Under the pieces are notes generated by a model. The model worked only from the letters and a program-made list of their open reading frames with translations, did no database searches and was not told the origin of the DNA. Below, in pieces: positions 15,531-28,065 of a stretch of DNA of 64,000 nt. Source of the stretch: Eledone cirrhosa (taxonomy: Eukaryota); NCBI GenBank assembly GCA_964016885.1, contig OZ024741.1, positions 98,270,001 to 98,334,000 on the forward strand, read 5' to 3'. The position numbers were made by a program, and so were the translations under genes. The stretch's first letter is position 1; every line of letters begins with the position of its first letter.

Positions 15531-15866
15531 TATGAAAGATGGGTGAAAGTGGCGAGAATGGCCCGTGTGAATGGGCCTTCACTCGATATCAGACTATAGG
15601 TGAGGAAGATGAAAGATCAAGGGAGCACCCCCTCTCTGTGCTCCTGAGTAGAAGGGTTGCACACTTTTTTCGGGGGTGTGTGCGACCCCCCAAGGCGCCT
15701 CCTCCTTATTGAGGATTTTGTTATTAAATTTATTTTTGTTATATTTTATATATTATTTTTTATATCTTGTTATTGCCTCCTCCTTATTGAGGACGTCTTT
15801 CTATGTAAACTCCCCCCATTGTACTTGTCCCACTCTTTGATGCCCGGGTGGCAAATAAAAAGAAAG
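15531..15866 (+). mobile_element. 5'-truncated Tx1-like LINE 3' end, copy 1, in (TCTA)n
   Basis: Encodes ERWVKVARMARVNGPSLDIRL*, homologous to the ORF2 end at 36.7 kb (ERWVREESMARVNTLSMCL*). Followed by a 3' UTR, AATAAA and (TCTA)n. Confidence 0.75.
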
Positions 15867-15903
<37 letters not shown>

Positions 15904-16288
15904 GTTTTTATGAAAGGTGGGTGAAAGTGGCGAGAATGGCCCGTGTGAATGGGCCTTCTCTTTACATAAGCCTGTAGGCGGAAAAGAGGAAGGAACGAGG
16001 GAGCACCCCCTCTCTGTGCTCCTGAGGAAAAGGGTTGCACACTTTTTTCGGGGGTGGGTGCGACCCCCCCAAGGCGCCTCCTCTCTATTGAGGATTTTGT
16101 TATAAATTTTATTTTTTGTTATATTTTATAACAAAATCCTCTATTGAGGATTTTGTTATAATTCTATTTTTTGTTAAATTTTATTTTATTTTTATATATT
16201 GTTATTGCCTCCTCCTTATTGAGGACGCCTTGTTTTGTAAACTCCCCCCATTGTACTTTTTGATGCCCTTGTGGCAAATAAAAGAAAC
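15904..16288 (+). mobile_element. 5'-truncated Tx1-like LINE 3' end, copy 2, in (TCTA)n
   Basis: Diverged tandem homologue of 15531-15866 (FYERWVKVARMARVNGPSLYISL*), followed by AATAAA and a long (TCTA)n tract at 16290-16480. Confidence 0.75.
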
Positions 16289-16289
16289 A

Positions 16290-16358
<69 letters not shown>

Positions 16359-16406
16359 CTCTATCTATCTATCTATCCATCCATCTATCTATCTATCTAT
16401 CCATCC

Positions 16407-16453
<47 letters not shown>

Positions 16454-16871
16454 CATCCATCTATCTGTCTGTCTATCTATCAATTCATTTATCCATCTAA
16501 ATATCTGTATATCTCCCCATATATTTATACATCTGTCTTTTTCTCTTGCAATCTCTCTCTCTCTCTCTCTCTCCTCTTCTCTTTCTATTTAATTAATCTG
16601 GGTAGCTATCGAAAGCAACACGAGTCAATGTATATGGATTAGCCAGATCAAGTCTCAATGATACACGAAATGGGTTCCTTGAACCAGAGTGGAAATAAGT
16701 AATTCGATTTTAAAATTGGTGTGAAGAGAAGGCACAGATAACAAATAGATTTTGGAAAGGAAATAACAACAAATACCCACGAAAAAGCATATTTACCTGG
16801 ACTAATCAGGGATTCTATTATAGCAGTCTCTACATATAACTACCTCATTGCAGCAACTCCAAAAGCATATA

Positions 16872-16979
<108 letters not shown>

Positions 16980-17216
16980 CGAGTTGGTGAGCGCGCTCGC
17001 GTGTGAATACGATTGTGTATGCGTATGTGGGTGTATGTATGTATGTATAAACTCACACACACGCATATATACATATGTGTGTGTGTGTTATTTCTCTTTA
17101 TATAGTAAATCCAGTAGATCGTAGAGATAAATAACAGACATTTATTTCCTTTAAGATCTGTATGAATTATCTTTTAAAAGCGAAAGATTAGTTATAGACA
17201 TACATACATATATATG

Positions 17217-17272
<56 letters not shown>

Positions 17273-17950
17273 TCTGTGTGTGTGAGTGCGTGTGTGTGTG
17301 TGTGTACGTATGTATATATATATATATATATGTATGAATATATATATGTATATATATATATATACACACACACATTTATAATATGTCTATTTTGATATAT
17401 ATATATATATATGTGTGTATGTGTCCGTGCGTGTGTATGTACCTGTGCGTGCGTGGGCTCAAGTAAAAGCAAAGGGATATGCGTGCCAGAATCAAGATAA
17501 GAATGTGCAAACGTGTGAAATTATACGTGTAATTAATGAAAACAAATCTGTAAAATGTATATAAAATTTGTGCTGAAAGCATGACATTTTCCATTATAAG
17601 TTATTATATAGCTTTCAAACTTACAGAGAAATAAATATACGTGGACGTGTAAGTTTACAGATATATGAATTTAGGAAGGCAGTTTTGGAATAGCAATATC
17701 TTGAAACAGAGAAATACACAACTCCATATAACGATGTATAGAGCATCATGATACGAAACGTACGCGGTAGTAAATTTTAGATGTAAAACTAATTAGTTAA
17801 AAATGCAGCGTTACACAGTCACACAGTCCCGGAATAAAACGTCTGAATTTTGACGGAATCGTAATAAAAATAATATCAATCCCGACAGACACACCGTAAC
17901 ATGAGTTACAATGGATCAGGCTCCATGAATGAAGCACTATATACAACTGT

Positions 17951-18005
17951 AATATGCTAAACCTGGCATCATGTAGAGTCTACATGATGCCAGGTTTAGC
18001 ATATT
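17951..18005. repeat. Perfect palindrome, 27-bp arms with 1-nt spacer
   Basis: AATATGCTAAACCTGGCATCATGTAGA-G-TCTACATGATGCCAGGTTTAGCATATT. Confidence 0.95.
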
Positions 18006-18347
18006 TTATTGTACTTGAGTTCAAGCATAGATAAGTACCTTATTTATGATCTATTATACCGTGTTGTTTTGTAAAATTCCAAGTAATCATATATCTGGTA
18101 ATCGGATCGTTCTTTCATCATCAGGTACATTTCAATAAGTTGGTCCTTTTCGTTTTTTCTGAATGATATACATTTGGTTGCGCTTTTTTTTTTATGAAAA
18201 GAAAAATGCGTCTGTATTCTCACTTTAGATATTATACCTCTGCCTTTTTATATATATATATACACCCACATATATAAATGAACACACTCATCCTTTCTCT
18301 CTCTCTCTTTTTCTCTCTCTCTTTATATATATATATATATATATATA

Positions 18348-18382
<35 letters not shown>

Positions 18383-18409
18383 TCATTCTATTAGTGCTAA
18401 ATAATGTAT

Positions 18410-18495
18410 CTTCTCACTCTGGAGTTTCGCCTGTATATCAGAGTCATCAGTCAAGAGTTCTGCTCTGATGACACTGTGATATCAGGCGAAATTCC
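18410..18495. repeat. Short fold-back with two opposed degenerate hammerhead cores
   Basis: Minus: CTGATGA-C-TCTG-ATATA-CAGG-C-GAAACTC-CA-GAGTG (GUG site, predicted non-cleaving). Plus: CTGATGA...CAGGC-GAAA at 18465-18491. Confidence 0.55.
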
Positions 18496-18654
18496 ACAAT
18501 ATTTAGCCTTAATAAAATCCTTATTAAAACTCTTTCCTCTCAGCCATGAACCACATATACATACATATATATATATAACGCACTAGGTGTGGTAAGGAAC
18601 CAGATAGACCATAACGCACTAGAGTACTCAATACTTAGGGTAGTAAAGTGGGTA

Positions 18655-18834
18655 ATAAGAAAATGTTTAACTCCGACGGCAGAGCTCAAGCCGTTTCGAC
18701 GGCAATTTCTGAACTAAATTAGAATATTTAGCGTGGTAAATAAATATTTATTTACCACGCTAAAAAATTTAATTTAGTCCAGAAATAGCCGTCGAAACGG
18801 CTTCAGCTCTGCCGTCGGGGTTAAACATTTTCTT

Positions 18835-18836
<2 letters not shown>
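18655..18836. repeat. Spacer-less fold-back, about 90-bp arms, abutting (TA)n
   Basis: ATAAGAAAATGTTTAAC..GCGTGGTAAATAAAT / ATTTATTTACCACGC..GTTAAACATTTTCTTAT. Confidence 0.9.
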
Positions 18837-18883
<47 letters not shown>

Positions 18884-19910
18884 AAAGGCAAACTGAAATC
18901 TAAAGAAAATGACACATTACAATGAAGAAATATATTATATTAATATAAAAGTGAAATTATATTATATATTTTATATGCCAGAATCCTTCTACTCACAACT
19001 TGTTTAGATTCAACGAAATGAAGAATAATTTCAACAACAGAAAGAATAAAAATAGTTGTGAATGCCTGGCTATAACATAACCCATTCTGATTGGCCGAAC
19101 AAAGGTGATATCACATATGAGAGATCATCTGATGCTAGTTAGTCCATTTTTAATTAGACAAAATTCATTATTTGCTTGATCATTTTCCCGCCTTACACAA
19201 TACAGCGCTCTGTATATATAGTAAATATCGCCACTGCCTCTAGCATGGCGTTTATTTTCATTTAATGAATCATTTGACCGTGCCTCAATCTGAATACTGT
19301 CCTGAATTTTTTTTTCTTCGATCTGCTCTCTGAAGCACATTACAGACTTTGAATCTTCCGTCATCCGATTATTTCAAGCATTGCTTTATTCTGAATATTT
19401 CTGTTTGCTTTACTCCTTTCTTTACATTTATTAATTCCAAAGGAGAGATTCTATTGTACTTCGTAATTCAGGCATAGGAATTAGTGGTGTCGATAAAAGG
19501 AACTCTCCGTTCTTTGTAACAATGCATAGGTACAACTTCCTTCGACGTTCATACTAAAGTCGATAAATGCTGGAAGATGCTGAATTGTATAGGAGGATAT
19601 GGTTGTGGTGTTAGGTGATGGCAACAGAGAATTTGTAATGTTGTCTAATAGTAACTGAAAAGCGTGATTTTATTGAGAAAATTGTGGTGTTGTGTGATTG
19701 TCATGGAAATATTTTGTTGCTGTTGTAATTTGTATAACAGAAATTGAGGCATTGTCTTATTCTGATAGAAAGATAGAGCTTTCGCAATATTGTAATGCTT
19801 CGATTGTCATGTTGGTGAAAATTGCGAGATCCTTATGTTATTCGATCTTCATTGGGAAAGGATGTGGTGGCGAAGTTTTCTGTAGTTAATTGTAAATACG
19901 CGTCCATGTA

Positions 19911-20250
19911 TTTATGCAAACAAGCCTGAATTTTCTAGCCATGTCAGTAGAATGAACCCTTCATCCATGCTCTTGTCTGCTAATATGCAAATCAGGCCGA
20001 TCAGTCATTGTGTATTTTGAAAATAGCATATATTTTCACTAGCTCTGACAGATTGGCATGTGAACAGTGAGATGTACTGATGAAGGGTAATACGCAGAAA
20101 CATTAGTGTCTGCAGTTCTGTTCACATGCCAACACAAGAGCAAGAATGAAGGGTTAATTCTACTGACATGGCTATAAAATTGTTTGCGTAAGTGCAAACG
20201 AATCGAATGTTATTAATAATATTCGAAAAACTCAGATTACATTTATTATA
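19911..20250 (+). mobile_element. Non-coding fold-back element with a hammerhead in its central region
   Basis: Outer inverted arms 19911-19976 / 20134-20190, a 15-bp inner stem 20053-20067 / 20118-20132, ending in a short TA run; second family member at 5672-5857. Confidence 0.7.
20073..20114 (+). ncRNA. Type I hammerhead ribozyme candidate
   Basis: TGTA-CTGATGA-AGGGTAATACGCA-GAAACA-TTAG-TGTC-TGCA: stem I TGTA/TGCA, stem III ACA/TGT, GUC site; stem II is imperfect. Confidence 0.65.
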
Positions 20251-20259
20251 TATATATTA

Positions 20260-20699
20260 AATAATTGTTTCTATATTTGGCACAATGCCAGCAATTATCC
20301 CAGTGCATTACTGGCACTTTATTTGATCGACCCCGTAAGGATGAAAGGCAAAGTTAACCTCGGCAGGATCTGAACTCAGACCATAGTGGGACGTAACTCT
20401 ATGCTGCAAAGCATGGCCTTCGACTCTCTATTGATACTGCCAATCCACCGCTTTATATCAAATAATTGTTTCTACTATTAGCACAAGGCCAGCAATTAAC
20501 CCAAGTACGTATCAAATAATTGTTTCTACTTTTGGCACAACGCCAGCAATTACCCAGTGCATTACTGGTACTTTATTTTATCGACCTCGTAAGGATGAAA
20601 GGCAAAGTTAACCTCGGCGGGATTTGAACTCAGAATGTAAAGGGACGTAACTATGCTAGAAAGCATGGCGTCCGACCCTCTACCGATACTGCGTCCGAC
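20260..20699 (-). mobile_element. Cluster of tRNA-derived SINE copies (two near-complete, one partial)
   Basis: Family consensus has an A-box-like TGGCAGTATCGG, B-box GTTCAAATCCC, body AACTTTGCCTTTCATCCTTACGGGGTCGATAAAATAAAGTACCAGT and tail GGCCTTGTGCCAAAAGTAGAAACAATTATT. Confidence 0.85.
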
Positions 20700-20704
20700 A
20701 AATA

Positions 20705-20944
20705 ATGGAAGTCAAGACGGGATTAAATCCCTATAATTGTATATTGCATCATATATATTTATCTTACATGGTTATATTGGTGCAGTTATGCACTGGATGG
20801 ATGTGCATGGACACTGGCATATCACAATGATTTGCATAACTGCATCAATCATTGCGTAAGGATCTGACGAAGTCACATGAATAACCCTCCATATATATAA
20901 AGCAATAAACAATTATGGTGATTTAATCCCGTATTAACTACCAT
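20705..20944. repeat. Diverged fold-back between the opposed SINE clusters
   Basis: ACGGGATTAAATC..ATAATTGT / ACAATTAT..GATTTAATCCCGT, plus an inner stem TTGGTGCAGTTATGCA / TGCATAACTGCATCAA. Confidence 0.6.
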
Positions 20945-20949
20945 CATGA

Positions 20950-21404
20950 AGGTCGGACGTCATGCTTTGACGCATATAATTACGGCGTTTCCATTCTGAG
21001 TTCAAATACCACCGAGGTAAACTTTGCCTTTCATCCTTACGGGGTCGATAAAATAAAGTACCAGTAATGTACTGGTTAATTACTGGCATTGTGCCAAAAG
21101 TGGAAACAATTATTTGATATATATGAGTTCAAATCCCGCCGTGGTTAATTTTGCCTTTCATTCTTACGGTGTCGATAAAATAAAGTATCAGTAATGTACT
21201 GGGTAATTGCTGGCCTTGTGCCAATAGTAGAAACAATTATTTGATATATATGCTTTCCAGTATAGTTACATCCCTTTACGGTCTGAGTTTAAATCCCGCC
21301 GAGGTTAACTTTGCCTTTCATCCTTACGGGGTCGATAAAATAAAGTACCAGTAATGTAATGGTTAATTGGTGGCCTTGTGCCAAAAGCAGAAACAATTAT
21401 TTGA
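20950..21404 (+). mobile_element. Cluster of three tandem 5'-truncated SINE copies
   Basis: Three repeats of B-box, CCTTTCATCCTTACGGGGTCGATAAAATAAAG-like body and AGAAACAATTATTTGATAT tail. Confidence 0.85.
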
Positions 21405-21414
21405 TATACACACG

Positions 21415-21552
<138 letters not shown>

Positions 21553-21959
21553 AGAAATATTGAAATCGCTACAATGATCATAGTGTTAGAAAATCGTGTA
21601 CAATACTCGTAGGGACAGAAGAAAATAAGTACCGAGCAACAATTACAAAGAATCGAACTCTGTATCTCTTGAATTATGTTTTATCAACCTTACATCAAAT
21701 GGCCGCTGACAATAGTTTCGGTCCAAATTAGGAACTAAATACAATAGCTTTAGCGGCTATAGCTGGAGGTAAACACATCTTACGATTTACCAAGAATGCT
21801 TACCTTTGAATGATTTGAAATTAGAAATGTTATGTATGACCCTAACTTTATGTTACACTATATTCTAGCGTGTTGGTCATTGTTTTGAATCTTTGTTTAG
21901 TTTTCAATATTTCCAATTTCAAATAGTCCAAAAGCTTCGATTAATCGATATATATGCGT

Positions 21960-22630
21960 GCGCATCGCCCCAGTGAGCGCTCAGCTTCTGAGAGTGGTAG
22001 GTCATGGAGTATGGTGACAGGAGTGGAGGGTCGTAAGAGAGGGAAAGTGTTGGTGGCGGAGGGGCTAAGGTGGTTAGGCAAAGGGTACGCAGATTCAATG
22101 GTGAGGAGAGGAAATGGATGATAGGTGATGGGATAGTTGGGTTAGGGTTGGAGGTGAAATGAGTATGGGGGGTGACGACAATGAAGTTTGTTATTTTTGA
22201 TGGAAGTGAGAAAATTGAACAACAGGCGATTGAGGTGAAGGATGAATTGGATAAGGGATTGGGATAGGTGGGGGTGGCAAGTGGAGGAGAGATGAAGGTA
22301 GGCCTTGGTGAGATCTCAATCGAGAGAACGGATTTGGGCGAGAGTAGATCAGATAGTCACCTGCATGAGCTGGCGAGAGGAGCGAGTTAGGAAGGGCTCA
22401 ATGGTTGTCATGAAACCCACCGACAAATGTGGTGCTTTGGTGGTATGGAACGTAGACCTCTACGGCGAGGCCCTCTGCCAACTTCATGATGCCCTATTTT
22501 ACCGCCCTTTATCCTCCGACCCTACTCCTGGCTACCAGCAACTAGTGTCCTCCACCATTCAACAGCTCATCTCCTCCTCTGTCCTACCACACACAGCCAC
22601 CAACCTTATAGTGCAACTGCCCCACCGAAA
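21960..22630. mobile_element. Rearranged Penelope-like N-terminal/RT fragment with internal inversion
   Basis: Plus 22400-22630 encodes VVMKPTDKCGALVVWNVDLY..QLHDALFYRPLSSDPT (PLE pre-RT motif KPADKGGAVVVW). Minus 21960-22395 encodes a PLE-like N-terminal stretch (LSSTCHPHLSQSLIQFILHLNRLLFNFLTSIKNNKL). Confidence 0.75.
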
Positions 22631-22825
22631 TAATCTCAGAATACTTAGATACCCTCCTCGCTCCGTTAGTCGTCAAACTCCCCTCCCGCATCCACGACAG
22701 CAATCATGCCCTTGAGAGAGAGAAAGAAAGAGAGAGAGAGAAAGAAAGAGAGAGAGAGAAAGAAAGAGAGAGAGAGAAAGAAAGAGATAGAGAGATCGAT
22801 AGGTAGATAGTTAGATAGATAAATA

Positions 22826-22920
<95 letters not shown>

Positions 22921-23347
22921 GCATATGGACTGTTTATCGTTGAAACTTGCTTTTGATTAGTAATGTATTAGTTTTAACTAAAGTGACTACAATGAATTAT
23001 AGATTGAAAGCTAGCATCGTAATATATATATTACTAGAAAAATATAGAATTCTATCGAAACATAATGTTTGCGAATGTTTGTGACACAAGTTATATTTTT
23101 ATATGATAAGAAGTTATCTTTGAAATATATTTATAATTAACATGTGACTGTTTTTATAATGAAATATATGTAAATTAAAATGCATTAACACTTAATCCTG
23201 ATGACGCGTGTGTGGTTGTTGCATATAGTATCCAACAGAGTATATATATATATATATGTGAAGTAATTCCGTCGGAAAAGTCCAGGAAAAAAGAGTGCTC
23301 TATGTAGGTAACAGAGCTTAATAGTAATGAACAACATAAGGCAATTA

Positions 23348-23409
23348 TTTCATTTACCAGTGGTTTCTTAAAAGCAAAAAAAATGTTGCTTTCAATCATC
23401 AGAATGAAA
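23348..23409 (-). ncRNA. Type I hammerhead ribozyme in the 3' pseudo-LTR
   Basis: TTTCATT-CTGATGA-TTGAAAGCAA-loop-TTGCTTTTAA-GAAACC-ACT-GGTA-AATGAAA: 7-bp stem I, 10-bp stem II, stem III ACC/GGT, GUA site. Confidence 0.88.
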
Positions 23410-23544
23410 AAATCCTGGCGTATTTATTGACGTTGGATTTTAAAAACAAAAATGCAATCTATATGAAAGTGAGGCTGGAAAAGGAAGAAGGAAAGGAAGA
23501 ATAAAATAAAAACACATGCAAACACACACACACACACACACAAA

Positions 23545-23639
<95 letters not shown>

Positions 23640-23781
23640 CACACATACATACACACACACATATATACACACACACACATACATGTATATGTGTATATAT
23701 ATACATACACATACATATACACATACATACATACACACATAAATATGAACATATCCATACATACACATACATATATACAAC

Positions 23782-23829
<48 letters not shown>

Positions 23830-24150
23830 CACATACATACATACATACACACAAGCATACGTATATACACACGTACGTACATACACATACATACACACAT
23901 ATATACACACATACATAAGCATGCACAAAAATAGAAATATATACACACACCTATACATACTCACACACACAAATAAATATAAGAAAAAATATATAATAAT
24001 AAAAAACATAAAAATGAATATAAAGACTATTATAATGTTGACAGCGATACAGACACTATCACACATAAATATACGTAAACAAATACATAAACACATACAT
24101 ACGCATACACAAATACATACACACACACACATATACATACATACATACAT

Positions 24151-24193
<43 letters not shown>

Positions 24194-24326
24194 CATACAT
24201 AACCAGACAAATATACACATACTTATACATACATATCACAAACACGTACATACAAATACAAACACACACATATATAAGTGTGTAAAACTCATTCTTAGAT
24301 AATTCACAGGAACCTTATTTAACTCT

Positions 24327-24394
<68 letters not shown>

Positions 24395-24779
24395 TATATA
24401 CACATATATACATACACACATATACACATACATACATACTCACATACACATATATACCTACACACACATATATACATACACATACGTATGCATACGTACA
24501 TACATACACACACACACGCATATACATATATAACTCAATATATATATAATCAGAAAGAACATGATTATTATATATATATATATATATATATAAAAAATAA
24601 ATATTGTATATATAAAAAAATATATATTTTTAGAAAAGGGTATAAAAGCTTATAGCAGATTTAGAGCACTCAACAAGTTCTTGGAGCAAAAGATCAATGA
24701 AAATAATCATTAAATCACTATATGTAATGATGCATGTACATACACCCTTATACATATATACATATACACACACACATAC

Positions 24780-24818
<39 letters not shown>

Positions 24819-25294
24819 ACCACAGAATTACACACATACATACATACACATAAATATATACACACACGCGCACAAATGCAACAGAAATGTAATATATATA
24901 CGATTATATATACATATACATATACATAGATATAAACATACATACACACACATATATACATACACATATACATATAAATACACATATACATACACATATA
25001 TATATACATATATATACATATACATATATACATGTATATACATACATATACATATATACACATATACATACATATACGCAACACAAAAAAATTAATATCT
25101 AAAAATAAAAAAATGTTTGGTATGTGAAGGGTAAGGCAAAAAAAGTAATAGGGGGGAAAAAGAGGGGGGAAGTAAGTGACATAGGAAAAGGTTTAAATAT
25201 AAGGGGAGATAAGGGAGAAAGAGAATACAAGAGTACAGAACGTGGATTCAGCAGGTAAAAAAATCGTAGTGGAAGTAAAGAGCAGGAAAGGAGT

Positions 25295-27300
25295 TCAAGG
25301 TGGTTGAGTTATCATAGGAATGTCAATCCAGTTACAGATCAGATGTGATTTCAGATGAGGACAACATCTGAAGATCTCGGTCTTTGAGTTCAGGCAAACA
25401 GAAGTGGCTTTCAAGTTTAGCAAAATCCTATATTTTTCTGTGGTACATAAAGAACAATTGTTTGTGTCCCTTTGGTACTCCCTCGAATGGTCTAAAATAG
25501 ACCAATCGATAGAGTACGGGATGTTTTTATCCTTGAATTCCCACACCTTACTTGCGAGGGCCGTTGTTGTTCTTTTATCGGAGTGCTTACAAGAAGCGAC
25601 ATGTGCATAAAACCTGGTTTTAAACCTGTCCTGGGTCATGCCAACATATTGCTCACTCCTGGCTGGCTGGTTGTTGATTAAAGGTATCACTTTACCCTCA
25701 TAAACAACAGATTTGGTGTTACATTTGCCCTGCAATGGGCATTCATCCGGCTCCCTGCAACTGCATCCTGGATTTGTTCTCGTATGATTTGAATTAGTGA
25801 TCTTGGACTTTATTGATGGGCAACAAGAGTAACTGATCTTAACTACATTTCTATTAAATATTTTATAATATCTATGATTAGGAGGAAAATGTTTATCTAA
25901 GAGTTCAAGGAATTTCCTTCCTACATTAGTTTTGACAGTTAGAGAGAAGGGGGTGTGTAAACCAAATAATTTTCCTTTTCCTATTATTGTGGTTAGTTTT
26001 AGGGGGGGGGGGGGGGGGGTAAATAAAAAAATTGTTCTGTAAAACCGCTGTTTTTAAGGGCTTTATTATAATAAGGGGCGGCTTTATTAAAAAAAATGTC
26101 TATAGACGAAGATAAGGTAGAAATCCTACGGCTAATGTTGGGAATAAGATTTTTAAAAACTATAGGGGGATGGCAAGACTCTTTGTGTATATACCTAAGA
26201 TTTTCATTATGTTTATGATAAGGTTTAAAAGAGGCGGTAAGTAGATCAAGATTAATGTCAAGAAAATTAGCATTGGTAAGGTTCGTATCTATAGTAATTT
26301 TAAGGTTAAGATTAGCAAAAGTATTGATTAAATCTTTACGGAATTTATCAAGGTTATGGCCGTTGGTGGTATGAGAAACTGCCAATCCGTCATCACGATA
26401 TAAACCGATATTATGGGAAGGAAATTTCTCTTTGAGCGTGTGGAGAAGGAATAATCCTACTAAGTCACACACATCCGCACTGTCATATGAACCCATTGCA
26501 ACATCAAAAGAGTTTTCAGGGTTTGACTTTTTAACCCAAATATTTTCATTAGTAAAGAGTAAAGTTTTTCTAGCATGAAACATAATGTCTTCTTCTAATT
26601 TAGAAATATTAATGAAGGGTCTTGCAAACTCTAAGGCATTAGTTGATAAGGAAACAGTAATAGAGGGGTAAAAATCAACAATATCAAATTGGGTAAATCT
26701 ACACTTATTTTTACCTTGTATATTATTAAACCAAGAAATAACAGAGGAAGTATCTAGCCACTGTGATAGGTCAGTCTTAGTTCTAATTTGGAGAATTATT
26801 TTTCTTAAGATTTTTTTACTTGCAAGGCCAACTTCGGATTTAGCCGGGTTAATCAGTCTACAACTAGGTCGATTAGTAAAGTCTAATTTATGGTCTTTAC
26901 GCTTTACGTTTAGCTAGGCTTTCAATCCGGTTGTCTATTTTTAAAGAACTAGCTAGTTCTTTAGCTTCTTTATTAATAGTATTGTAGGTATTATTATTAG
27001 TTAATTCATATTTGTTTGTGATACTATTAGTTAAAAGTTGGTTATACAAAATACTATTAACTTCAAAGAGATTTTTAGTTTTATCAGAAAGAACAAAGGT
27101 GTTTGTAGAATTTTTTAAATTAGAAATATCGTTAGACAGTTTAGTTTGAAAATTATTATTGTACTTACGAAATTTGATATCACTAATTAAATTAACAAGG
27201 TCTAATTCGAAGTTGGCCATGTCTTTAATTCTAGGTGGATATTTACGGGATTTTATATCAAAACAATCATTAGTATCAGCACTGAATAGTCCATCGGAAA
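25295..27300 (-). pseudogene. PLE reverse transcriptase plus GIY-YIG endonuclease ORF, frameshifted
   Basis: LSDKTKNLF, QFDIVDFYPSI, FDVAMGSYDSADVCDLVG, GLYRDDGL, NFLDINLDL, CSC..CPLQGKC linker, VVYE..YVGMT..FKTRFYAH, CSLCTTEK..LNSKTE; split over at least three frames. Confidence 0.92.
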
Positions 27301-27526
27301 ATAATAGTCTTTATATTCATTTTTATGTTTTTTATTATTATATATTTTTTCTGATATTTATTTGTGTGTGAGTATGTAGAGGTGTGTGTATATATTTCTA
27401 TTTTTGTGCATGCGTATGTATGCGTGTATATATATGTGTGTATGTATATGTATGTATGTACGTGTGTATATACGTATGATTGTGTGTATGTATGTATGTA
27501 TGTGTATGTATGTGTATATGTATGTG

Positions 27527-27574
<48 letters not shown>

Positions 27575-27717
27575 GTTGTATATATGTATGTGTATGTATG
27601 GATATGTTGATATGTATGTGTGTATGTGTGTATGTGTATATGTATATGTATGTCTATATATACACATATATATGTATGTGTGTGTATATATATATGTGTG
27701 TGTGTATGTATGTGTGT

Positions 27718-27748
<31 letters not shown>

Positions 27749-27891
27749 TATGTATATATTTGTGTGTGTGTGTGTGTGTTTGCATGTGTTTTTATTTTAT
27801 TCTTCCTTTCCTTCTTCCTTTTCCAGCCTCACTTTCATATAGATTGCATTTTTGTTTTTAAAATCCAACGTCAATAAATACGCCAGGAATT

Positions 27892-27952
27892 TTTCATTCT
27901 GATGATTGAAAGCAAAATTGTTTTGCTTTTAAGAAACCACTGGTAAATGAAA
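27892..27952 (+). ncRNA. Type I hammerhead ribozyme in the inverted pseudo-LTR copy
   Basis: Same motif as 23348-23409; stems are identical and differences are confined to loop II. Confidence 0.88.
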
Positions 27953-27976
27953 TAATTGCCTTACGTTGTTTATTAC

Positions 27977-28065
<89 letters not shown>

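Larger units (their letters stand above)
23258..27980 (-). mobile_element. Penelope-like retrotransposon, 5'-truncated, with inverted pseudo-LTR, inserted in (TA)n
   Basis: RT and GIY-YIG at 25295-27300. 27301-27977 is an inverted copy of 23324-24032, each with a hammerhead. (TA)n at both ends. Confidence 0.92.

Noticed and set aside
19125-19890. Possible coding remnant (ORFs 19125-19364, 19698-19889)
   Set aside because: No recognisable motif in any frame.
20260-21404. Regularly spaced repeats resembling a CRISPR array or tRNA genes
   Set aside because: The units are 120-200-bp diverged SINE copies without unique spacers; the heads have Pol III boxes but no cloverleaf.
21704-21752. Minus-strand GGACC-GAAAC-TATT-GTC half hammerhead
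   Set aside because: The CUGANGA box is missing; at most a remnant.
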